Below, piece by piece: positions 56,203 to 64,000 of a DNA stretch of 64,000 nt. The notes beneath the pieces were generated by a model, which searched no databases, was not told where the DNA came from, and saw only the letters and a program-made list of their open reading frames with translations. The translations under genes and the position numbers were made by a program. The stretch covers positions 7,204 to 71,203 of the forward strand of contig CAZRZY010000007.1 of the NCBI GenBank assembly GCA_964604655.1, written 5' to 3'. This DNA is from an uncultured Bacteroides sp. (GTDB taxonomy: Bacteria > Bacteroidota > Bacteroidia > Bacteroidales > GCA-2748055). Each line of letters opens with the position of its first letter. Position 1 is the stretch's first letter.

Positions 56203-56385
56203 ATGAGTAAAGATGTCCAAAGCAATGCTCCTGCCAGCGCCATGTACGGAGTGGGGTTAATCGGAGCCGCCGTGTATTATATTTCGACCGCCACCAGTAT
56301 CGGGATGGGCGTTCTGGGATTTCTGAAATCCCTGATATGGCCAGCATTCCTGGTATATGAAGCCCTGAAGGCACTGGGAGCCTGA
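56203..56385 (+). CDS. Small two-TM membrane protein (60 aa)
   Basis: The sequence is YGVGLIGAAVYYISTATSIGMGVLGFLKSLIWPAFLVYEALKALGA. The composition and hydrophobic pattern look genuine. Confidence 0.5.
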   Translation: MSKDVQSNAPASAMYGVGLIGAAVYYISTATSIGMGVLGFLKSLIWPAFLVYEALKALGA

Positions 56386-56404
56386 ACACAAACCGTTGAG
56401 GTAA

Positions 56405-57460
56405 TCATAAGAGAAATTTATTATTTTCTTTTCCGAAAAACCGGATCAGATCCCTCTCGAATCTTTCCGGCTCATCCAGGCTCGGGGCATGGCCCGAGTT
56501 TTCGTAGATCAGCAACTCCTTGGAACCAGCTTCCAGTTGTTCAAAGAAGATCTTTGTACCGGGTGTGATAAAATCATATCTGCCCATGATAAAGCGGACA
56601 GGGACCTCCAGCCGTTGGATCTCTTTACGCAGATCGGTGCTGTAAAGCTCCTTCAGGGTGGTTCGCTGGGTAAACTGCATTCCCTTCATCAATTTGATCT
56701 TACTGGCAGGTGAACGGAAGTATGGGGATGTCTTCAAGGATCTTTTAAACATCTGCATCAGGTCCCTACCATCGTATTCCTTCAGGATATATCTATTGGC
56801 CCATTTGTTGGCTACCCCGTTGAACTTCATCATGTATTTAACCGTCGATGAGGAGTCGGGCGGGTGATATTTCTCCAGTTGCCTGAGAGCCTTTTTATCC
56901 TCTTTCTCTGCAGCCTTTTTCAGAGAATAGGAATACATCTCCTGCAGCGCGTTGGGATAATTTGCCGTCTGACCCTCCCCGATATACCCGGCTATATGTT
57001 CGGAATGATTTTGTAGCAGTCTCAGGCCGATAATGCTTCCCCAGGATTGTGCCAGGATATAAATTTTCTCTTTTTCAAAACGCTCCTTTAAATACTGGAC
57101 CACCTGATAAGCATCCGATACCATTGTGGATTGGTTCATGGTTTCCTCGGGGATTTTACGGGAATAGGACGCCCCTGCGCCTCTCTGATCCCAGTGAACC
57201 AAGACAAACCGGTCACAGAGAGTGGATTGTTTATCTGCCAGGATATCATGGGCAAAAAGAGAAGTAGGCGTGCCATGTCCGTGAATAAACAGCAGCACTG
57301 GGGCTGTTCTATCTCTGGTGGTCACCAGAATCCTCTGCTCTAAACCGTTTATTGAAATAAACTGTTCGTCGGTGAACTCCCCGGCATGTTCCGGGAAAGT
57401 TTGATTTTCAGGTAAAATTGTCATGGCCAATGTTATTATGAATAGACTGGAAAAATACAT
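56405..57460 (-). CDS. Alpha/beta hydrolase (prolyl aminopeptidase-like)
   Basis: It has the HG oxyanion motif (LLFIHGHG) and the nucleophile elbow AQSWGS. The ATG at 57460 lies 2 nt after the padR stop. Confidence 0.85.
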   Translation of the reverse strand: MYFSSLFIITLAMTILPENQTFPEHAGEFTDEQFISINGLEQRILVTTRDRTAPVLLFIHGHGTPTSLFAHDILADKQSTLCDRFVLVHWDQRGAGASYSRKIPEETMNQSTMVSDAYQVVQYLKERFEKEKIYILAQSWGSIIGLRLLQNHSEHIAGYIGEGQTANYPNALQEMYSYSLKKAAEKEDKKALRQLEKYHPPDSSSTVKYMMKFNGVANKWANRYILKEYDGRDLMQMFKRSLKTSPYFRSPASKIKLMKGMQFTQRTTLKELYSTDLRKEIQRLEVPVRFIMGRYDFITPGTKIFFEQLEAGSKELLIYENSGHAPSLDEPERFERDLIRFFGKENNKFLL

Positions 57461-57462
57461 CA

Positions 57463-58002
57463 CTATTGCTTGTTGTCGAGTTTTTCAATCAAGTCGGAAA
57501 ACCACTGGTGAGAGAATCGTGCATAATCGATCCCGAACTGAAGAGTAGCCATCTGAAATCTGGCTTTCTCTTGCAGATTTACGGGTATCTCCCTGTCTTC
57601 AAATGCTCTCTTCATTTCCTCAAAGTTCCTGCGTGTAGCATCGATCTCTTCCAGATATGCTTCCAAAAGGGAATTCTGCATTTCTCTTTCGGTATCCCCC
57701 AGAAAGAACAGATGCACAAGGGCATCTTCCTTTATCCTGCCCGTAGTGAAAGGCTGACTGATCCAGTTCTGATATTCCTCTCTGCCAGATTCAGTGATCC
57801 GGTAGTACTTCTTCATCCGATTGTTCTCGACTGTTTCTTTCGATTCCACAGCCTTCCTGCGGTATAGTTTCCTGAGCGCAGGGTTGATACTTCCAAGACT
57901 GCTGGAGTAGAAGTGATTGACAGAGTTTTCAAGGGCGACTTTAATATCATACGATGTCATTTCCCGAATTTTCAGCAGGCCCAGTATGATCATGTCAAGC
58001 AT
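57463..58002 (-). CDS. PadR-family transcriptional regulator
   Basis: The N-terminus reads MLDMIILGLLKIREMTSYDIKVALE and the wing reads KKYYRITESGREEY. Confidence 0.9.
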   Translation of the reverse strand: MLDMIILGLLKIREMTSYDIKVALENSVNHFYSSSLGSINPALRKLYRRKAVESKETVENNRMKKYYRITESGREEYQNWISQPFTTGRIKEDALVHLFFLGDTEREMQNSLLEAYLEEIDATRRNFEEMKRAFEDREIPVNLQEKARFQMATLQFGIDYARFSHQWFSDLIEKLDNKQ

Positions 58003-58029
58003 ATCGTTACGTTATATATCGTTTCGATA
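58002..58029. promoter_or_regulatory. 28-bp imperfect palindrome at the padR 5' end, candidate operator
   Basis: TATCGttACGtTATATAtCGTttCGATA has 11 of 14 symmetric pairs and abuts the padR start codon. Confidence 0.3.
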
Positions 58030-58071
58030 CAAATGAAACATAAAAAAAATAATTATCCAATGATTCTATTA

Positions 58072-58464
58072 TTAAATCTCCATATCGCTCAGGTGCAGGT
58101 CCAGAGCCTTGACAGAGATCTGAATCTCACGGAAAGAGATGGCCAGGGAAACGATGAGCATGACCAGGGCGATCCCGAAAATGATCTCAGCAACCAGCTG
58201 CTGATCCACATATACCAGAAACATGCAGAGCACACAGAGAAGAAGGCTGCCAATTCCAAGAAGTTGCATGGTGCGGGTCAGTACAAGTCTTTTGCGTAGA
58301 TTCTGTATCTGTCCTACGATGATCCCGCTGGGATCTTCCTTGTAGCGAGCATGAAGGGTCCTGACCACATTGGCATATGCCAGAAACCGGTTGGTATAAG
58401 CAAGGAGTAGAAGAGAAATGGCTGAGAATAGCAATGCCGGAGTGGTCAGTGTCAGCTGATTCAT
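58072..58464 (-). CDS. DUF2721-like membrane protein (second copy)
   Basis: It begins LTTPALLFSAISLLLLAYTNRF and has the same architecture as 6153-6629. Confidence 0.75.
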   Translation of the reverse strand: MNQLTLTTPALLFSAISLLLLAYTNRFLAYANVVRTLHARYKEDPSGIIVGQIQNLRKRLVLTRTMQLLGIGSLLLCVLCMFLVYVDQQLVAEIIFGIALVMLIVSLAISFREIQISVKALDLHLSDMEI

Positions 58465-58518
58465 CCTTTTTCCCTTAAAATTAATAATTCTGCGGGATTC
58501 TTCATGTGGGAAAAGGGA

Positions 58519-59382
58519 TCATCCCCTCACACTGGCCTCGGGCAGACGTTTCTGAATATCTTTCAGTTGCTCATAGCTTTCAATTCCCAGGGTGAAGCCA
58601 TCAATGAATTTGGCTGCCGTATGAAATTCAAGACACTCGTCTTTTTGGTGGGTCAGCCTCCCCGCTCCGTATACTTTCATCCCCAGAATTGCTTTCCCGT
58701 TGGATTTCATCCGCTCCAGTACCCTGTGTACTGTATTCACATCCGAATCCATTGCCACACCCCCCGGATTGTAGCGGGCAAGGTCCACATCCACCCAGGG
58801 TTCTTCGGCCGCTGTTTTCAATGCCCCCAGAGAATGGCAGGAAATACCATGTGCCCTGATGGTCCCCTCCTCCTTCGCCTCCGTTAGTGCCTCCATAGCT
58901 CCTTTCATATTTGTATTCCAGTTGGGGTCCGTAATGGCGTGCAATAGGACAATATCGAAATAATCGGTACCCAGCTCCTTTTTAAAGCGCTCCAGGTCAC
59001 TCTTCACATCGTCATAGGTGGTAGAGTTGGTCTTGGTGAGGATCACCACCTGTTCACGTTCAGTGTGTTTAAGTGCCTCCTTCAAATGCGGATGAGATCC
59101 GTACTGGTCTGCCGACTCCCAGAAATTGATGCCTTCGTCAAAGCCGGCCCGCAGCAGATCGGAAACACCTTTGATGCCCAGTTTCCTGGTCTGGTTGGAA
59201 CTGCCTCCATAGCCGCTGGTACCTGTGCCCATTGCCATACGCGACATTTCAATGCCTGTATCTCCCAGTTTAACGCGGTCGTGGGGATAAAGCTTTTTGT
59301 CCCCTGCGTACAGGTGGTAGGGGAAGGCGGAGAAAACGGCCGAGCCCGCCAGGGTGTAGCGGAGAAAGTTTCTTCTTTTCAT
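58519..59382 (-). CDS. Aldo/keto reductase with a twin-arginine signal
   Basis: The Tat motif is MKRRNFLRY. The AKR core reads GINFWESADQYGSHP and ILTK. Confidence 0.88.
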   Translation of the reverse strand: MKRRNFLRYTLAGSAVFSAFPYHLYAGDKKLYPHDRVKLGDTGIEMSRMAMGTGTSGYGGSSNQTRKLGIKGVSDLLRAGFDEGINFWESADQYGSHPHLKEALKHTEREQVVILTKTNSTTYDDVKSDLERFKKELGTDYFDIVLLHAITDPNWNTNMKGAMEALTEAKEEGTIRAHGISCHSLGALKTAAEEPWVDVDLARYNPGGVAMDSDVNTVHRVLERMKSNGKAILGMKVYGAGRLTHQKDECLEFHTAAKFIDGFTLGIESYEQLKDIQKRLPEASVRG

Positions 59383-59482
59383 TACGTCCGGGTGTTAACT
59401 AACATTTAATATGTAATAAAAAACACGCTTCCCAGGGAATTTGTTTAGGCATAATTGGTAGTTTTAGCCTTCTCCTGATTCT

Positions 59483-60034
59483 ATGAAACTTCTGTGTCTG
59501 ACCGATAAATTGCGAGAGTCCAACCTCAGCAATCTGTTCCTGGAGCAGCTGGAAGGTACCTTTACAGATACCCACCATGAACTGGAGGTTTACCCTCTTA
59601 TCCAGGAAGATCTGGCTTACTGTTTGGGATGCCTGGCATGCTGGTCCAATAATACCTCCCGTTGCCGTTTCAATGACCGTGTCCCCGAACTGGAGAGTCG
59701 GCTACCCGGCACTACCTGCATAATTTACCTGAGCCCCGTTGTTTATGGAGGTTTCTCACCCGTAATCAAGACACTAATAGAGAAAGGGTTTGGATCCAAA
59801 CTATCCGATAAAACCCTCTATCCGCAGATCCATATCGGCTATGGTGAGGTGATCTCGGATGAGGAGAAAAGCTGTTTTCTGGATATTACCTACAAGCACA
59901 TGGGAAATGCGGATATTGTTCACCCAAAGCTCTCCTCCAACCGTGTGGAGGCATTTGTAATCAGGTCGCCAGAAGATTGCAGTAGCGTAATGTCAGGTAT
60001 TAACCAAATCTTCCCATTCCGTTCTGTTTCATGA
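59483..60034 (+). CDS. Flavodoxin-fold (NADPH-dependent FMN reductase-like) protein, degenerate N-terminal motif
   Basis: It has CLGCLACW and YLSPVVYGGFSPVIK. It lacks the usual GSPR-type phosphate loop. Confidence 0.6.
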   Translation: MKLLCLTDKLRESNLSNLFLEQLEGTFTDTHHELEVYPLIQEDLAYCLGCLACWSNNTSRCRFNDRVPELESRLPGTTCIIYLSPVVYGGFSPVIKTLIEKGFGSKLSDKTLYPQIHIGYGEVISDEEKSCFLDITYKHMGNADIVHPKLSSNRVEAFVIRSPEDCSSVMSGINQIFPFRSVS

Positions 60035-60681
60035 GCCAGATCATCTTGTTGAACGGAAGTCCCAGCGGCGAAAAGGCCACTTCCCGGATCTTTCTCACGG
60101 AGATGGAAAAACGCCTGATGGAAAGGGGACACCGGATACGATATGGCTCCATGACCCTTCACCCTTCACGTCAAAACGATCCAGAGATGCTGGACTCTTT
60201 CATACGTTCAGATGCCATGATCCTCTCCTTTCCGCTGTATGCATATGGGGTACCCGCTCCCATGGTAAAGTGGATGGAAGAGCTCCATAACCATATTGAA
60301 ACCACGGGGGCCGATGTCACCCGCATCAAAATATATGGTATCGTTAACAGCGGTTATTACCATCCGGAAGTAAACCGTGAGGCGGTCCGGATCATCCAGC
60401 TGTTTTGCCATCATACGGGAATGCAATTCAGAAAGGGAATCCAGGTAGGAGGAGGTCTGGTGGTGGCCATGATGCGTAAAGTTCCCTTGATCAACCATAA
60501 ACTGAAAGTAGCTTTCGGGAAAATTCTGAACGACCTGGAAAGTGAATCCTCATCTACCCCGTTACCATCGACACTCATCAGACCGGTGATACCCAGGCGA
60601 ATAATGAACTTCATGAAGGACTCCGAATGGTCGAAACAGTTCATGAAGAAGCGGGAAAACCGAAAGAGAAGAAAAGCTTAG
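60031..60681 (+). CDS. Flavodoxin-fold NAD(P)H-dependent oxidoreductase-like protein
   Basis: It reads IILLNGSPSGEKATSR and DAMILSFPLYAYGVPAPMVKWMEEL. It overlaps the previous gene by 4 nt (ATGA). Confidence 0.72.
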   Translation: MSQIILLNGSPSGEKATSRIFLTEMEKRLMERGHRIRYGSMTLHPSRQNDPEMLDSFIRSDAMILSFPLYAYGVPAPMVKWMEELHNHIETTGADVTRIKIYGIVNSGYYHPEVNREAVRIIQLFCHHTGMQFRKGIQVGGGLVVAMMRKVPLINHKLKVAFGKILNDLESESSSTPLPSTLIRPVIPRRIMNFMKDSEWSKQFMKKRENRKRRKA

Positions 60682-60691
60682 AATGATTCGT

Positions 60692-60726
60692 AAAACCCCC
60701 TCAGACGCAAGGTCTTCGGGGGTTTT
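60692..60726. terminator. Bidirectional rho-independent terminator
   Basis: AAAACCCCC and GGGGGTTTT form a 9-bp stem around a 17-nt loop. It lies between the plus-strand flavodoxin-like gene and the minus-strand tRNA-Phe. Confidence 0.65.
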
Positions 60727-60738
60727 CGCGGTTTGGCG

Positions 60739-60811
60739 TGGTGCCACCAGGAATCGAACCAGGGACACCAGGATTTTCAGTCCTGTGCTCTACCAACTGA
60801 GCTATGGCACC
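60739..60811 (-). tRNA. tRNA-Phe (anticodon GAA)
   Basis: I folded the cloverleaf by hand. The acceptor stem is GGTGCCA/TGGCACC, the D stem GCTC/GAGC, the anticodon stem CAGGA/TCCTG, the loop CTGAAAA and the T loop TTCGATT. The T stem CCTGG/CCTGG has one U-U mismatch. The discriminator is A and CCA is not encoded. Confidence 0.92.
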
Positions 60812-60877
60812 GATGCTTTGTTAAAGCGGAGGCAAATTTAACACATTTTTTTAAGTTTTTATACATTTGAGGGCTAA

Positions 60878-62104
60878 TTGGATACTTCCCTTCATACGGC
60901 CCGACTAACTAACGGTATCCGGCTGATACACCGGCATAACCGGTCGGCGGTGGCCCATTTCGGACTCCTCATGCATACCGGAACCCGGGATGAGCTGCCG
61001 GAAGAGCATGGAATGGCTCATTTCATGGAGCATATGTTCTTTAAAGGAACCCGTAAACGCTCTGCTTATCAAATTATTAACCGACTCGAGGATGTGGGTG
61101 GAGAAATCAACGCCTATACCACCAAGGAGGAGACTGCCCTGTATGCCTCGTTCATGAAAGAGGATTTCCGAAGGGCAGTGGAGCTGATCCAGGATATTTT
61201 TCTGAATTCACAGTATTCAGAAAAAGAACGGGAGAAAGAGGTGGAAGTCATCCTTAATGAGATTCAGGGGTACGACGATACTCCGTCTGAACTTATTTTC
61301 GACCGTGCCGAGGAGGTACTCTATCCGGGGCACTCCATTGGCAGGAATATACTTGGAACAGAACAATCACTGGCATCTTTCCGGAACGGTGCGGTGGAGA
61401 AGTTCTTATCCGAAAACTATGCTACGGATGAGATGGTAATATCCTCGTTAGGAGATCTATCGTTCGACCAGGTCAAAAAAATGGCGGATCGTTATTTTGG
61501 AAATATCCCCACGAAAACGAGGATCAGATTACGAATCCAGCCGGCGGCGGAATCTGCACAAAGAATTATCGAATCCAGGAATACGTTCCAGAGGCATTGC
61601 ATGATGGTTGGAGAAGCTTTTCCACTGAAAGACCCCCGGAGACTGCGCCTGTACCTTTTAAATAATATCCTTGGAGGACCCGGTATGAATTCCAGGCTGA
61701 ACATGGCCCTCCGGGAACGGAGGGGTTACTCCTACAGCGCTGAGTCGCATTACACACCCTATTCCGACACGGGTGCCCTGATGATCTATTTCAGCAGTGA
61801 TCCGGAACGGTTTCAGAAATCGTTACAGATAACCCGGCAGGAAATCAGGAAACTGCGCAATAAGCCTATTCCCGAAAGAAGACTTCAATACGCCCGTAAG
61901 CAACTGATGGGTCAGCTCGCCATCTCCAGGGAAAACAATGAACACCTGATGCTATCCTCCGGAAAAAGTTATCTCGTATTCAACAAAGTGGATACCCTGG
62001 AGGAGATCGGTCGGAAACTGGAACAGATCACTCCGGATCAACTGATGGATACCGCCAATGAGTTGCTCCTTCCCGGGAAGCTGAACCTCCTGATCTTTCA
62101 ATGA
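60878..62104 (+). CDS. M16 (pitrilysin/insulinase) family peptidase
   Basis: The inverted zinc motif HxxEH is present (GMAHFMEHMFFKGT). It has a TTG start and is 408 aa. Confidence 0.86.
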   Translation: MDTSLHTARLTNGIRLIHRHNRSAVAHFGLLMHTGTRDELPEEHGMAHFMEHMFFKGTRKRSAYQIINRLEDVGGEINAYTTKEETALYASFMKEDFRRAVELIQDIFLNSQYSEKEREKEVEVILNEIQGYDDTPSELIFDRAEEVLYPGHSIGRNILGTEQSLASFRNGAVEKFLSENYATDEMVISSLGDLSFDQVKKMADRYFGNIPTKTRIRLRIQPAAESAQRIIESRNTFQRHCMMVGEAFPLKDPRRLRLYLLNNILGGPGMNSRLNMALRERRGYSYSAESHYTPYSDTGALMIYFSSDPERFQKSLQITRQEIRKLRNKPIPERRLQYARKQLMGQLAISRENNEHLMLSSGKSYLVFNKVDTLEEIGRKLEQITPDQLMDTANELLLPGKLNLLIFQ

Positions 62105-62184
62105 TTGGGAGTCTCAGCAGAAGATTCCTGCCTTTCCCGCCACAAATGTTTAATATTTTGTTGCAAAACAATAAACATATAAAA

Positions 62185-62192
62185 TATATTTG
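62185..62192 (+). promoter_or_regulatory. Bacteroidota-type -7 box (TAnnTTTG)
   Basis: TATATTTG lies 30 nt upstream of the GTG start at 62222, in an AT-rich tract containing ACAAA/TTTGT inverted motifs. Confidence 0.4.
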
Positions 62193-62221
62193 TGTTATAA
62201 CTCTAAACAAATTTTGTACTT

Positions 62222-63106
62222 GTGGCAGTATATTCTATAAAAGACTTAGAAAAACTTTCGGGAATTAAAGCCCATACGATTCGGATCTGGGAGAAGCGTT
62301 ATAACCTCATCGAGCCGCATCGTACCAACACTAATATCCGTTACTATACGGACGAAGACCTCAAGAAAATTTTGAATGTGGCGGTCCTGAACCGTCATGG
62401 TATAAAAATTTCCAACATTGCCCGTCTGAACGAATTGGAGTTAAAAGAGGAAATTTTCCGGGTTTCCCGAACTGATCAATCGGATGATGCGCTTGTCGAT
62501 TCTCTGGTAATATCTATGATCGACATGGACGAGCACAAGCTTGAGTCTCTCATTCAAAAGAGTATTTCGAAACTTGGATTCAGGGATACGGTGATTAATG
62601 TCCTGTACCCTTTCCTCTCCAAGGTAGGCATTCTATGGCAATCGGGCGATGTATATCCCGCTCAGGAGCATTTCGTGACCAACCTGATCCGGCAGAAAAT
62701 CATTTCAGCCACCGACAACCTGGTGCATAGCTTCAATCCGAAAGCTAAGAAATTTCTACTTCTGCTTCCCGAGGGGGAATGGCACGAAATCGGATTACTC
62801 GTTGCCCAGTACCTTTTCAAAGAAGCTTCCCATGAGGTTTTTTATCTGGGTCAATCAGTTCCCTATTCCGATGTGCTTGCCACAGGTTCAGCGAAACAAT
62901 TTGATTACATTGTGGTTTCCAGTACATCTACCCAGCCCGATTTCGATTTCGTGGTTTATCTCAAGGACCTGGGCGGAGCATTTCCTGACAAGAAAATTCT
63001 CTATTTCTGCAGTTATCTATTTGAAAAGCCTGACGAGTTGACCGAGAATCATATTCCACTGAACTCCATCAGTGATCTGGTTATCCTGATCGAAGAACTC
63101 TCCTGA
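62222..63106 (+). CDS. MerR-family regulator with a CarH/LitR-type cobalamin-binding domain
   Basis: The MerR HTH reads YSIKDLEKLSGIKAHTIRIWEKRY. The Wx9EH motif is W-QSGDVYPAQ-EH. The lower-axial His motif is PEGEWHEIGLL (compare GERHEIGA in T. thermophilus CarH). Confidence 0.85.
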   Translation: MAVYSIKDLEKLSGIKAHTIRIWEKRYNLIEPHRTNTNIRYYTDEDLKKILNVAVLNRHGIKISNIARLNELELKEEIFRVSRTDQSDDALVDSLVISMIDMDEHKLESLIQKSISKLGFRDTVINVLYPFLSKVGILWQSGDVYPAQEHFVTNLIRQKIISATDNLVHSFNPKAKKFLLLLPEGEWHEIGLLVAQYLFKEASHEVFYLGQSVPYSDVLATGSAKQFDYIVVSSTSTQPDFDFVVYLKDLGGAFPDKKILYFCSYLFEKPDELTENHIPLNSISDLVILIEELS

Positions 63107-63383
63107 CCGATCACTCTTTTCCATTTCTTTTGTTGAAAAAATTCCTGTGTCTCAACAGTGGCGGGGAATTCAGCCATTCTTAACTCATTAAGAAAATATT
63201 CTGTTTAATTTCCTTCTTCTTTCGATAAACAAATTTCGCTGAAAGTGTTATTTAGAATAAAAGATGTGAAAATACTTTAAATGCCTCTATTTGCTGATAT
63301 TTCGACATGTTAGCTTATTTTGACTGGAGCATAATCTAGTGATTTGGCAGCATTGTAGACTTGACTCGTGTTTAACTATTACA

Positions 63384-63391
63384 TATATTTG
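63384..63391 (+). promoter_or_regulatory. Bacteroidota-type -7 box (TAnnTTTG)
   Basis: TATATTTG lies 41 nt upstream of ATG 63432. Confidence 0.4.
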
Positions 63392-63431
63392 TTCAACATT
63401 TAAACGATAGCAAACCCAAAGACTTAGAAAT

Positions 63432-63935
63432 ATGACAACAATGGAATTCAGCAATAAGCTCATCAGCATGGAGCAAAGGTTAGAAAGATTTGCGCTCAGT
63501 TTGACATCCAACAGGGAAGAAGCCAAAGATCTCCTGCAGGAGACCTACCTGAAGGCCCTCTCATCCAAAGATAAGTTTATTGAGTTCACCAATTTTGAGG
63601 CCTGGGCGTATACGATAATGAAGAACACTTTCATCAACAATTACAGAAAGGCTGTCAGGCAAAACACGATCGTTGATACTACTAAAGATCTTTATTATTT
63701 AAATAATTCGAAGGAATCGAATTTCATCAAGCCCGATTCCACTGTGCAACACAAGGAGATTAACAAGCACATCGACAATCTGCAGGATGAGCTTAAAATT
63801 CCGTTTCTGATGCACACGCAGGGGTATAAGTATAAAGAGATTGCCGAGGAATTGGATCTGAAGATTGGAACGGTAAAGAGCCGCATCTTCTTTACCAGGA
63901 AAAAGCTTATGGAATCCCTAGAGGATTATAGATAA
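63432..63935 (+). CDS. ECF-type RNA polymerase sigma-70 family factor
   Basis: Region 2 reads AKDLLQETYLKAL..FEAWAYTIMKNTFINNYRK. Region 4 reads YKYKEIAEELDLKIGTVKSRIFFTRKKL. Confidence 0.88.
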   Translation: MTTMEFSNKLISMEQRLERFALSLTSNREEAKDLLQETYLKALSSKDKFIEFTNFEAWAYTIMKNTFINNYRKAVRQNTIVDTTKDLYYLNNSKESNFIKPDSTVQHKEINKHIDNLQDELKIPFLMHTQGYKYKEIAEELDLKIGTVKSRIFFTRKKLMESLEDYR

Positions 63936-64000
63936 TATTACGTTTCATAGAGGCAGAGTAGTTTTAGTTTTGGTTAGTTAGATTGTAAAAAAAGACCGGG

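Noticed and set aside
60739-60811. tRNA-Phe considered as an integration hotspot marking a genomic island.
   Set aside because: There is no integrase, no direct repeat of the tRNA 3' end, and no mobility gene on either side. The flanking genes look like ordinary chromosomal genes.
62105-63431. A shared operator between the carH-like promoter and the sigma-factor promoter.
   Set aside because: The only clear shared element is ATATATTTGT, which is the generic TAnnTTTG promoter box. The other similarities (GTGTTATAACT versus GTGTTTAACTAT) lie in different positions relative to the box and may be chance in AT-rich DNA. ACA triplets are not spaced 11 bp apart as in the T. thermophilus CarH operator.
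1-64000. CRISPR arrays, IS elements or transposases, prophage genes, toxin-antitoxin pairs and known defence systems.
   Set aside because: No regularly spaced repeats and no transposase, integrase or phage-like ORFs were found in the track. The nucleoside deoxyribosyltransferase-like gene at 55678-56112 is a stand-alone DNPH1-type protein with no sensor or effector partner.

Overview
This window reads as ordinary chromosome from an anaerobic member of the Bacteroidota. Supporting signs are T9SS C-terminal sorting domains, BlaR1-TonB fusions, an HTCS-type propeller sensor and TAnnTTTG promoter boxes. Coding density is high, with about 60 CDS plus one tRNA-Phe. I found no CRISPR array, IS element, integrase, prophage or recognisable defence system. 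Main blocks, in order: a three-gene [FeFe]-hydrogenase operon (NuoE-like, NuoF-like, HydA); a BlaI/BlaR1-TonB pair; a 1551-aa periplasmic sensor ending in a PP2C/SpoIIE phosphatase; a tight minus-strand operon of hybrid kinase, AIM24, tRNA 2-selenouridine synthase and U32 Fe-S protein; an ECF sigma/anti-sigma pair; a TetR / LolA-like / FtsX x2 / ABC / beta-barrel cassette; a receiver-dtd-mazG-deoC operon; a sulfatase; an RND efflux triad; a PadR/hydrolase/reductase cluster; and a CarH/LitR-type B12 photoreceptor-like regulator next to an ECF sigma factor. The most interesting points are the CarH/LitR-plus-ECF module in a hydrogenase-bearing genome, the propeller sensor wired to a PP2C output, a non-canonical H-cluster motif (TSCSPGW) in HydA with a minimal NuoF partner, and the overlapping mnmH/U32 pair. 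Smaller items are a frameshift in a C5 run, a decayed sulfatase remnant and an unannotated in-frame small ORF. I saw no clearly novel multi-gene system. All functional calls rest on motifs I recognise by eye, not on searches.
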